64,000 nucleotides of DNA from an uncultured virus (IMG/VR IMGVR_UViG_3300017776_000001) (taxonomy: Duplodnaviria > Heunggongvirae > Uroviricota > Caudoviricetes): the IMG/VR virus record IMGVR_UViG_3300017776_000001, positions 1-64,000 of that record, one strand, 5' to 3'. The notes under the pieces were generated by a model. It did no database searches. It was not told where the DNA came from and was given only the letters and a program-made list of their open reading frames with translations. The first letter of the stretch is position 1, and each line of letters starts with the position of its first letter. Made by a program: the position numbers and the translations under genes. Positions 37,236 through 46,843 of this stretch are shown here, in pieces.

Positions 37236-40200
37236 ATGACAGAGAAGACAGACCTTAATGTAACCCCGTATCACGATGATTTTTCTGAAGACAAGAAGTT
37301 TCATAAAGTATTATTCCGTGCTGGGAGACCATTACAAGCTAGAGAATTAACTCAGTCTCAATCTATATTACAGAATCAAGTCGAAAGATTTGCTGGACAT
37401 ATATTTGAGGAAGGGTCTCTTGTGGATGGAGCTCAAACAGACGTAGTGTATGATTACGGTTATGTAAAGGTTGATAATGTCAATCCGAACAGTGTTGGTG
37501 GTTCAGTTTCTACATACTTAGATTCATTTAAAGACAAATACATTCAGGGTAAAACTTCAGGTGCAGTTGCAAGAGTATACTTAACAGTTGCAGAAACATC
37601 TGATGACCCAACAACTCTTGTTGTAAAATACTTAGCAGGTGGAACAGATTCATCAAACTCTTTTTACTTTGATGCAAATGAAGAATTAGAAGAAGTAAAT
37701 GTTGATGAGAATGGTAACCCAACATCTGCAAGTAATAATAATGAATTCAAAGTGCAAACAATTGATAAAAGTCCAGTTGGTCGTTCATCCGTTGCAAGTA
37801 TCACAGAAGGTGTAGTATATCTTAGAGGTTTCTTTGTAAAGGTTGACGCTGCACAATTAATTTTAGAAAAGTATTCAGGACAACCATCATATAGAGTTGG
37901 TTTAGATATCTCAGAACAATTAATATCTTCTGCAGATGACGACTCATTATTAGACAATGCACAGGGAACAACAAACGAAAACGCACCTGGCGCAGACAGA
38001 TTTAAGATTCAAACAACTTTTGTTAAGAAGTTATTGGATACAACAGATGATACTAATTTCATCGAATTATACAGAGTAGTAAATGGTACCACAGAACTAA
38101 AAGTATCTTCTGCAAATTATAGTAATTTTGAAAATTCACTTGCAAGAAGAACATACGACCAATCAGGTGACTTTACAGTTAGACAGTTCATTCCAACTCT
38201 CAGAGAACACTTACAAGAAAATGACAACCTAGGATATTACACTGCATCACAAGGTGGAGATGTTGGTAAGTTCGTATTACAAGTTTCGCCAGGCAAGGCA
38301 TATGTCAGAGGACATGAAATTGATAAGATAGGTACAACACCTATATCATTACCTAAAGCAAGAACAGTTGCAGAGTTATCAGGAACATCTACTTCTGCAA
38401 GACTTGGTAACTATTTAAAAGTAACTAACATTCATTCAGTCCCCGAGTTTGGTAATGAGGGTGGAGAAGATTCACTAAAACCAAATCACTTAATTAAATT
38501 ATATGATAGTACAGTTTCATTAGGGACTGAACCATCAAGTGGTCAAATCGGTTTTGCAAGAGTACGAAACTTTGATGAACTAGAGAGTGTTGATGTAGAT
38601 AACAATAAAGTACTAGACCCTACATCTAAACATGCATTATACCTATTCGACATTAAGATGTTTACCAAGATTGGTATTACTGCATTATCTAATGCAAGTC
38701 CAATAAATGTTGGTGATAGAGTAGATGACACAGTAACAGGAGCTCATGGTATAGTAGCAGACGTTGACTATTCTAATGACTTTATTTTAGTTCATGACGT
38801 ACAGGGTACATTTGTAGTTGGTAATACTATTCAAAGTACAGGGTCTACTAACACAACATATAACAATGCTATTGCATCTGTTAGAAATTATAACATCGAT
38901 AGAGTGAGAGGTGTATCACAAACACCTAGTAATGCAAGTAGAGAAAAATTTACTGGTAATGTAATAGTCGATGGTGTAAAGGTTTTATCAGGAACAGTAT
39001 CACTTACAGCAGGTAGTGATACTGTAGTTGGTTTTGGAACAAGATTCCAAGACGAATTGAAAGAGGGTGATGTTATAGTCAACCCTATTGATGGTGGAGA
39101 ACACATTGTACAAACAGTTGGTGGTGCAACATCCGTTACCCTTACAGCTAATGTAGGTAGTGGTAAAACTTTCCAAGGTAATGTTACACGAAGACGAGTT
39201 AAGTTATACGACCAAAACCAAACTGCAAATATTTTTGCATTCAGTAGAGATTTTATAAAATCATTTACACCCGATAGTTGTCAAGTTAGAAGACAGACAA
39301 CAGTCGAAGTAGCTAGTCAGGCATTCACTATATCAGCAGGTTCAGGAAATACGTTCCCAGCTATTACTGCATCAAATGTAAATCAATTTGTTGAGATGGC
39401 AGTTATCGAACAATCATCAGGTTCACCAACATACTTAAATGGTGACGTATTAGACCCAAGAGATTTCTTCACTAGTTTATCAGGAGATAGTAGTACACTA
39501 TCATTTGGTAGTCTTGCAACTGCAAATAACGGTGCAATTTTAAAAGTATCATATACAGTTAACATCGGTTCACCTGTTCAAAGAGATAAAACATTAAGAG
39601 AAGGTAAGATGTTAAAAGTCGGTTCTCCTTCTTCACAAAATAGTTTTTACGGAACTGGTTATGACGACAAAGAAATTTCATTAGGTCTTGCCGATGTATT
39701 TAAAATCAGAGGAATATATGAGGCAGAGGATGGAAGTAATCCTTTACCCCCTAGTGCAACTATTGACCAATTAAATGCTGGAATACCTTTTGTAGATAAA
39801 GAGATTATTAAAGGTCAGACAACAGGTGCAAGAGCAAAAATCATTAACTACGCAGGTGATGATAATACAACATACTTCTACTATTTGTCAAGTACACAAT
39901 TCAATTCATCAGAATCTGTAGTTGGAGAGACATCTACTGCAACAGGAACATTATCGAATGTGTCATCAGGTAGTAAAGAAATTAAGAACAGATACTTCTT
40001 TGATGATGGTCAAAGAGATGGTTTCTATGACTATGCAAAATTACAATTGAAGCCTGGTGAACCAGCTCCAAACAATTCAATACTAATTGTATTTGATTAC
40101 TTTACACATGGTGCTGGTAACTTCTTTGATGTGTCATCATATGACAACCAAGTTTCTTATCAAGAGATTCCAAAGTATATACCAAACAAAGTAGACCTAG

Positions 40201-43200
40201 GTGGTTTAGAACCCGATGGTCAATTTGAGTTATCAGATGCAGTTGACTTTAGACCAGTAGCAGACCAGTTAATTGGTCTCTCAGGTTTTCCAACACAAGA
40301 CATAGACCCAACAGATTCAAATCTAGTAGACATTAGTGATAGTTCTACAGGTATTACTGCAGCTCCATTTAAATATGAGAGTACAGGATTTACTGCATCT
40401 GCATTAGATGTACCAGTAACGAATAGTGCAATTCAAGGTGACATTACTTTCTATGTACCTAGAATCGATAAAGTATTCTTACATAAAGCTGGTAACTTCC
40501 AAGTAAATAGTGGTGTACCATCTTTATCACCAACTAAACCAAAGGTCATGGATGATGCAATTGAAATGTTTGAATTGTTCATTCCACCGTTTACTGCAAA
40601 CCTAAAGAAAATTAAGATTAAGAGTATCGACCATAGAAGATATACCATGAAGGATATCGGTAGGATACAAAACAGAGTTGCAAACCTAGAAAGACTTACA
40701 ACACTATCTCTCTTAGAAAGAGATACACAAAACATGCAAATCCAAGATGCAGACGGATTCGATAGATTCAAATCAGGATTTGTTGTTGATTCATTTAAGG
40801 GTCATGGTATCGGTGATGTTTCTCATCCTGATTATGGTGTTGCAATTGATACTAAACTAGGTACACTTAGACCACAAGTTTACACTTCATTCTTTGACTT
40901 AGGTCTAAATGAAGCTTCATCATCTAGTTATCAGAAGACTGGTGATTTACTAACACTACCATATTCAGAAAAGACATATGTAAATCAAGATAAAGCATCT
41001 AGAACAATTAATGTCAACCCATATAACGTATTTGCATTTATCGGTAACCTTAAGTTATCTCCAAATTCAGATGTATGGAATGATTCAGAAAGATTACCCG
41101 AAGTTAGAATTAACAGAGAAGGTAACTATGATGCAGTATTAGCTGAGAATACAAACTCACTAGGTACTGTATGGAATGCATGGCAAACAACATGGGTCGG
41201 TGAACCTAATGTTGTAAATGAAGAAGTTGTTTCATCAAGGCCTGGTTCATGGTCAGGAGACCCAGCACAAGGTGGTGAATGGATACCTGGCGAAGATGTT
41301 ACAAGAGTTATTACAGAAACACCCGAGACACAAACAAGAAATGGTGTTAAGACTACAGTAGTCGAAGATTTTGTAGAAGACAGAAGAGACAGGATTGTAA
41401 GTGTAAGTATTATACCTTTCATCCGTTCTAGAAGAGTAGAACTAGATGCACAAAACTTACAACCGAATAGAAAACACTATGTGTTCTTTGATGGTATTAA
41501 CGTCAATGCACATGTTACACCTTTCAGTTCAACATTCGGAGACGGTGGTGCAACTGCAAAAGGAACTGTAATTAAATCAAACAGAAATGGAAGACTTCGT
41601 GCATATTTTGATATACCAAATAACAATGCACAAAGATTCCCAACAGGTCAAAGAGAAGTCAAGATAACTGCAAGTGAAAGTAATCTTTCTAATCCACCTT
41701 CTTATGCAAGTAATGTATATCAGGCACAAGGATTATTGCAGTCATCACAAACAGAAATTATATCTACAAAGAATGGTAGAGTTATTAGAGAAAATCTAAC
41801 AGCAGGTAGAAGTATTGAAAGGTCAGGAGAGTTCTTTAACAGAACTGCAACCGATTTGGATGCACCTCCATTACCACCAGTACCACCAGCTGAAGACCCA
41901 CCATTACCACCTCCACCACCTCCGCCGCCTGACCCACCACCACCAATCGTGACACCACCAGTGGATGAGGCACCAATTATTCCAAATAATATATTTGATG
42001 TCCCCGATGTATGGGAGTTCAGAGGATGGCAAGACCCATTAGCAGAATCTTTCTTAGTAGAGAGTCGTGGTGGTATGTTTATAACATCTATAGATTTATA
42101 CTTTAATACTAAAGATGAAAGTTTACCAGTAACAGTTGAAATTAGAAACATGGTAAATGGTTACCCTGGCCAGATAGTACTTCCGTATTCAGAAGTAACT
42201 AAAAATCCTAATCTGATAAACATCTCAGAGGATGGTTCAGTTGCAACTACATTTACATTTGATTCACCAGTATATGTTGAAGAAGGACAAGAATATTGTT
42301 TCGTAGTATTATCAAACTCTAACAAGTATGAAACATTCATTTCAACTATGGGTGAAGAAGACATTAAAACTGGTCAATTGATATCAGGACAACCGTACGC
42401 AGGTTCATTATTCAAATCACAAAATGCATCAACATGGACTGCAGAACAAACACAAGACCTTAAGTTCCATATGAAAACTGCAAAGTTTGATACAACAAAA
42501 ATTGCAAACATTATATTTGAGAATGGTGATTTAGAAAATGATACACTACAAGTTAACCCTATTCAAACAACATCAGGTTCAAGTAATGTTAAGGTTTATC
42601 ATTATACACATGGTATGTATGATGCAACATCAAATGTAACTTTATCAGGTATACAAGGTGATAGAGAAAACGGTGTAACAAATATAGGTGAAGGAAGTGC
42701 AACATTATTATCAGGGGCATTACCTTCAAATAGTACTTACAATGATATTGCAACTACATCTAGTGGAAGTGGAACTGGGTGTAAACTCAAGTTCGTAGTA
42801 GCTGGTGGTGCAATATCAGATATAGAAATTCAAGATTGTGGTAGTAATTATAGTGTCTCAGATACTTTAACTGTAACAAACTTGGGTAGTACAACTAATA
42901 GTATACAGATTAATATTGATGCTGTAACAGATACTATCGGTGGAGTACCAATTAATCTATTAAATAAAACACATACTGCAATTGCAAATCCAAAACTAGA
43001 CAGTTACGAAGTTGTTGTAGATTGGGATTCAACAGATATTGACGGTGCATCTGCACCATCTGTGTCATCATCTGTGGGTGGAGGAACATCAGTAATAGGT
43101 ACAAGAAACTATTACTTTGATTCAATCCACACAATGATTCCATCATTGACATTGAGAGATACAAGATTAACATGTAACTTACAATTGTGTGCAATGAATT

Positions 43201-43862
43201 CACCCGAAAGTTATGTGAAAGGAACACCGTATGCAATGAGAAACTCTTCTCAATATGTTACACTTAATGACAATGTATTCTTAGACGCACCAAGTATTGT
43301 TGCATCAAGAATTAATGAAGTAAATCAATCATCATTATCAGGTACAAGGTCATTTAAAACACAAGTATCATACATCACTTTGAATGAAAACGTATCACCA
43401 GTAATTGATATGTCTTCAATGGGTGTTATCTGTAATGCAAACAGAGTAAATGGTATGAGTTCAACTAATGAGCAAACAATCACCCCAACAGAAAATGCAG
43501 AAGGTGAGATGAATGCAATGACATATGTAACTAAGAGAGTTAACTTAAAAGAACCAGCATCTTCAATTAAGGTTATGTTAGATGGATTTAGTCCATTAAG
43601 TACAGACCTAAAAGTTATGTACAAGGTTCTATTGAATGACGAATCTACTCCTTTTGATGATGTAGGATACAACTTCTTTAACACCGATGGTTCACCTGAT
43701 ATTATCGTAGATAAAGATGGTAAGAATTTTAAAGAGTACGAATATAGTATAGAAGACTTACCCGAGTTTACATCTTTTGCAATTAAGATTGTAGGACAAG
43801 CACATAATACTTCTGTAGTTCCATTAGTGTCTAACCTTAGAGCAATAGCGTTAGCAACGTAA
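37236..43862 (+). CDS. Large baseplate/fibre-attachment structural protein (VrlC/DUF4815-like)
   Basis: LNVTPYHDDF...VLF...QARELTQSQSILQNQ, APGADR, RRYTMKDIG, DPLAESF, GSLFKSQNASTW. Confidence 0.88.
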   Translation: MTEKTDLNVTPYHDDFSEDKKFHKVLFRAGRPLQARELTQSQSILQNQVERFAGHIFEEGSLVDGAQTDVVYDYGYVKVDNVNPNSVGGSVSTYLDSFKDKYIQGKTSGAVARVYLTVAETSDDPTTLVVKYLAGGTDSSNSFYFDANEELEEVNVDENGNPTSASNNNEFKVQTIDKSPVGRSSVASITEGVVYLRGFFVKVDAAQLILEKYSGQPSYRVGLDISEQLISSADDDSLLDNAQGTTNENAPGADRFKIQTTFVKKLLDTTDDTNFIELYRVVNGTTELKVSSANYSNFENSLARRTYDQSGDFTVRQFIPTLREHLQENDNLGYYTASQGGDVGKFVLQVSPGKAYVRGHEIDKIGTTPISLPKARTVAELSGTSTSARLGNYLKVTNIHSVPEFGNEGGEDSLKPNHLIKLYDSTVSLGTEPSSGQIGFARVRNFDELESVDVDNNKVLDPTSKHALYLFDIKMFTKIGITALSNASPINVGDRVDDTVTGAHGIVADVDYSNDFILVHDVQGTFVVGNTIQSTGSTNTTYNNAIASVRNYNIDRVRGVSQTPSNASREKFTGNVIVDGVKVLSGTVSLTAGSDTVVGFGTRFQDELKEGDVIVNPIDGGEHIVQTVGGATSVTLTANVGSGKTFQGNVTRRRVKLYDQNQTANIFAFSRDFIKSFTPDSCQVRRQTTVEVASQAFTISAGSGNTFPAITASNVNQFVEMAVIEQSSGSPTYLNGDVLDPRDFFTSLSGDSSTLSFGSLATANNGAILKVSYTVNIGSPVQRDKTLREGKMLKVGSPSSQNSFYGTGYDDKEISLGLADVFKIRGIYEAEDGSNPLPPSATIDQLNAGIPFVDKEIIKGQTTGARAKIINYAGDDNTTYFYYLSSTQFNSSESVVGETSTATGTLSNVSSGSKEIKNRYFFDDGQRDGFYDYAKLQLKPGEPAPNNSILIVFDYFTHGAGNFFDVSSYDNQVSYQEIPKYIPNKVDLGGLEPDGQFELSDAVDFRPVADQLIGLSGFPTQDIDPTDSNLVDISDSSTGITAAPFKYESTGFTASALDVPVTNSAIQGDITFYVPRIDKVFLHKAGNFQVNSGVPSLSPTKPKVMDDAIEMFELFIPPFTANLKKIKIKSIDHRRYTMKDIGRIQNRVANLERLTTLSLLERDTQNMQIQDADGFDRFKSGFVVDSFKGHGIGDVSHPDYGVAIDTKLGTLRPQVYTSFFDLGLNEASSSSYQKTGDLLTLPYSEKTYVNQDKASRTINVNPYNVFAFIGNLKLSPNSDVWNDSERLPEVRINREGNYDAVLAENTNSLGTVWNAWQTTWVGEPNVVNEEVVSSRPGSWSGDPAQGGEWIPGEDVTRVITETPETQTRNGVKTTVVEDFVEDRRDRIVSVSIIPFIRSRRVELDAQNLQPNRKHYVFFDGINVNAHVTPFSSTFGDGGATAKGTVIKSNRNGRLRAYFDIPNNNAQRFPTGQREVKITASESNLSNPPSYASNVYQAQGLLQSSQTEIISTKNGRVIRENLTAGRSIERSGEFFNRTATDLDAPPLPPVPPAEDPPLPPPPPPPPDPPPPIVTPPVDEAPIIPNNIFDVPDVWEFRGWQDPLAESFLVESRGGMFITSIDLYFNTKDESLPVTVEIRNMVNGYPGQIVLPYSEVTKNPNLINISEDGSVATTFTFDSPVYVEEGQEYCFVVLSNSNKYETFISTMGEEDIKTGQLISGQPYAGSLFKSQNASTWTAEQTQDLKFHMKTAKFDTTKIANIIFENGDLENDTLQVNPIQTTSGSSNVKVYHYTHGMYDATSNVTLSGIQGDRENGVTNIGEGSATLLSGALPSNSTYNDIATTSSGSGTGCKLKFVVAGGAISDIEIQDCGSNYSVSDTLTVTNLGSTTNSIQINIDAVTDTIGGVPINLLNKTHTAIANPKLDSYEVVVDWDSTDIDGASAPSVSSSVGGGTSVIGTRNYYFDSIHTMIPSLTLRDTRLTCNLQLCAMNSPESYVKGTPYAMRNSSQYVTLNDNVFLDAPSIVASRINEVNQSSLSGTRSFKTQVSYITLNENVSPVIDMSSMGVICNANRVNGMSSTNEQTITPTENAEGEMNAMTYVTKRVNLKEPASSIKVMLDGFSPLSTDLKVMYKVLLNDESTPFDDVGYNFFNTDGSPDIIVDKDGKNFKEYEYSIEDLPEFTSFAIKIVGQAHNTSVVPLVSNLRAIALAT

Positions 43863-44083
43863 TGAGTACAATGAAAGAACTAGCAAGAGTACAAGGAGAA
43901 CAACATCTTTTTAGAGATGAAGAATCAGGTGCTATAATAAGTAATGATAGTCAAACACTTGCAATTTATAAGAAAAGAAAAACAGTGTTTCAAAATCAAA
44001 TAAATGAAATAAATACTCTTAGAGAAGAGATAAATGAAATTAAAGAATTTTTGAGGAATATAACAAATGGCCAAAACAGTTAG
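43862..44083 (+). CDS. Small conserved coiled-coil protein
   Basis: VQG...LFRD..SGAII...EINEIKE.L pattern usual after the VrlC-like gene. Confidence 0.75.
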   Translation: MSTMKELARVQGEQHLFRDEESGAIISNDSQTLAIYKKRKTVFQNQINEINTLREEINEIKEFLRNITNGQNS

Positions 44084-46820
44084 TCAACATAGTACACTCG
44101 AAGAGTGGAGACAGTCGTATAACGAACTAGCATCAGATGTTGGGGATATTGGTGGTTTACGTACTCAAGATAAAACTACACTTGTTGATGCAGTAAACGA
44201 TTTAAGAGATAGAGAATTCTTTTTCCAAGGATTTATTTACACTGCAACTGGTGGTCAAACAGTATTCGAAGGTGCAGACAGTTCATCCGACCAAAATGAA
44301 TTAGAGTTTAGAGACCATAGATTCCTCGTATTCAAAAACGGTGAATTACAACAACTCTCAACAGATTTCACAATATCAAATGTAAATGCAAACGGTAATC
44401 ACACTAGAGTTACACTTACATCGGGTGCAACTAATAATGATATTATCAGAGTGGTTGCATTTACAGGTTCATTCCTTGATGTCGCAGGTCAAGCTGCAGT
44501 ACAAACGTTTTGGACTGAAACATTAGAGAACACAATTTACAATAACAACGATAGTGGTGTTATTATTAATGGTGACATCGGTTCAGTTGTCACAGAATTA
44601 CAATCAGGTTACGTAGTTCAGATAGAAGGTAAAACATTCATCAATGGTGATGTAGACCTTGATACAGGTCATACCCTATCTGCACCTACACTTACAGACA
44701 ACACACTATCAATTAATCAAGGAAACGTCACAGGGGGTGTCACAGGAGACTTCAGTGGTGATTTCAACGTAGGTAATTTAGATGTCGGTGGTGGTTTCAA
44801 TTCAACAGGAGTATCGATTACATCTACTGGTAACATCAATGCAAACGGTAGTGCAGAGATTGATGGAAACCTAAACGTAGATGGTTTAACAACATTAGAT
44901 GGAACAACAATTGATGGTAATCTAGACCTTAATGGTAATCTAGATGCATCAGGAACAGGACACATCGGTGGTAACTTTGATGTCAATACTGATAAGTTTA
45001 CAGTTGCATCAGCAACAGGTAACACTGCAGTAGCAGGAAGATTAGATGTAACTGGTAATCTAGATGTTGATGGTGCAACAACTACAGATGGAATACACAA
45101 CGTAGGTTCTTTAAATCAAGATGGAAGTGTGGACATTTCAACTACACTAGAGGTACATGGAGCTGTAGATTTTAACTCTACTCTAACTGTAGATGGTCAA
45201 TCTAATCTCAATGGTCATGTAAACTTGGGTAATGCATCTACTGATACAGTTACATTCAATGGTGTACTTGATAGTGACATCGTTCCCGATGGAGATAGTT
45301 CAAGAGACTTAGGTACAAACAGTGTTAGATTTTCAAATGCATATATCGATACTACAACAGGTAACCTAGTCGGTAATGCAAGTACAGCTACAACTTTAGA
45401 AACTGCAAGAGATATAGGTGGTGTATCCTTTGACGGAAGTGCAAGTATCAATTTGCCTGGCGTCAACCAATCAGGTAATCAGGACACATCAGGAAACGCT
45501 GCAAGTGCAACTGTATTAGAGACTGCAAGAAATATATCAGGTGTATCTTTTGATGGAAGTGCAGACATAGAATTAAATACTTCTCACATTGATGAAAACG
45601 TTGCAAACCTTTATTTTACAAATGCAAGAGCAGATGCAAGAATAACAAATGCTATTGATACAGACAATACTTTTGCAGATGCATCAAACACTTTAGTTCC
45701 TTCACAGTTAGCAGTCAAATCATACGTTGATTCACAATTAGATTTACAAGACGAACTAAGTGAGATGAGTGGAGACTCAAGTGATATTACAGAACACGCA
45801 ACAACAAATTTATTCTTTACAAATGCAAGAGCAGATGCAAGGATAACAGCTGCAAGTGTTGGAGATTTAAGTGATGTGGACATTACAGGTGTTGCAGCTG
45901 GTCAAGCACTTACATGGAGTGCAAGTAATAATAGGTTCGAACCCACAACACTTGGTAGTTCTACCGACAGTTTTGCAGAAGGGTCATCAAACCTTTACTT
46001 CACAAATGAAAGAGCAAGAGATGCTGTTGCAAGTTTAATAGTAAATTCAAACAGTGTTAGCAATGGTCTTAATGCAACATATAACGATAATGATAATGCT
46101 GAAGGTACATTAGAACTCGATGTTGACCCCGAATATATCAGAGACACAACTGCATCATTCATCACTGGTGGAACACATAGTGGTATCTCATTTACTCACG
46201 ATGATAATAATGATAAATTAAATGCATCTATATCAATAAGTGGTTTTGACACAAATGATTTAAGCGAAGGTGAAACTAATCTTTACTTTACAAATGCAAG
46301 AGCAGATGCTAGAATCGCAGCTGCTAATACAAGTGACTTGTCAGAAGACCCCGATGCAACTGGTTCAAGTGGTACAATGTACTTCACAGACGAAAGAGCT
46401 CGTGACGCTGCAGCTGCAATGATTACTAGTGGTACACACAGTAACATTACAGTCAATTATAATGACACTGCAAATACACTTTCGTTCTCTGCAGCTGCAC
46501 AATACGCAGACTCAGATGCAAGAGGAGCTTTATCAGGTGGGCCAGGTATTGATTACAATACATCAACTGGTAAAATTTCTGCAGACCTAAATGCAAGTGG
46601 TGGATTAGAGTTCCATGCAGCTGGTGATGGTGGTGAGATAAGATTGAAATCTTCAGTGGCAGGTAATGGTCTTGCACATAGTAGTGGTGTTCTCTCTATA
46701 AATACAAGGAAAGGTGTAAAAATAGATTCAGATTTTGTTGAATCAGATTATGAAGTAGTTTCAACAGCACCCTCAAGTGTCAGTGGTACAAACGATGGAC
46801 ATTTGTGGTATGTGGTGTAA
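44067..46820 (+). CDS. Tail fibre protein
   Basis: N-terminal TLEEWR...N anchor; beta-helix GNL.VDG repeats; GNA.TAT.LETAR repeats; LYFTNARA repeats; ends APSSVSGTNDGHLWYVV. Confidence 0.85.
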   Translation: MAKTVSQHSTLEEWRQSYNELASDVGDIGGLRTQDKTTLVDAVNDLRDREFFFQGFIYTATGGQTVFEGADSSSDQNELEFRDHRFLVFKNGELQQLSTDFTISNVNANGNHTRVTLTSGATNNDIIRVVAFTGSFLDVAGQAAVQTFWTETLENTIYNNNDSGVIINGDIGSVVTELQSGYVVQIEGKTFINGDVDLDTGHTLSAPTLTDNTLSINQGNVTGGVTGDFSGDFNVGNLDVGGGFNSTGVSITSTGNINANGSAEIDGNLNVDGLTTLDGTTIDGNLDLNGNLDASGTGHIGGNFDVNTDKFTVASATGNTAVAGRLDVTGNLDVDGATTTDGIHNVGSLNQDGSVDISTTLEVHGAVDFNSTLTVDGQSNLNGHVNLGNASTDTVTFNGVLDSDIVPDGDSSRDLGTNSVRFSNAYIDTTTGNLVGNASTATTLETARDIGGVSFDGSASINLPGVNQSGNQDTSGNAASATVLETARNISGVSFDGSADIELNTSHIDENVANLYFTNARADARITNAIDTDNTFADASNTLVPSQLAVKSYVDSQLDLQDELSEMSGDSSDITEHATTNLFFTNARADARITAASVGDLSDVDITGVAAGQALTWSASNNRFEPTTLGSSTDSFAEGSSNLYFTNERARDAVASLIVNSNSVSNGLNATYNDNDNAEGTLELDVDPEYIRDTTASFITGGTHSGISFTHDDNNDKLNASISISGFDTNDLSEGETNLYFTNARADARIAAANTSDLSEDPDATGSSGTMYFTDERARDAAAAMITSGTHSNITVNYNDTANTLSFSAAAQYADSDARGALSGGPGIDYNTSTGKISADLNASGGLEFHAAGDGGEIRLKSSVAGNGLAHSSGVLSINTRKGVKIDSDFVESDYEVVSTAPSSVSGTNDGHLWYVV

Positions 46821-46843
46821 TGGGACACAGAGGTGAACATTAA

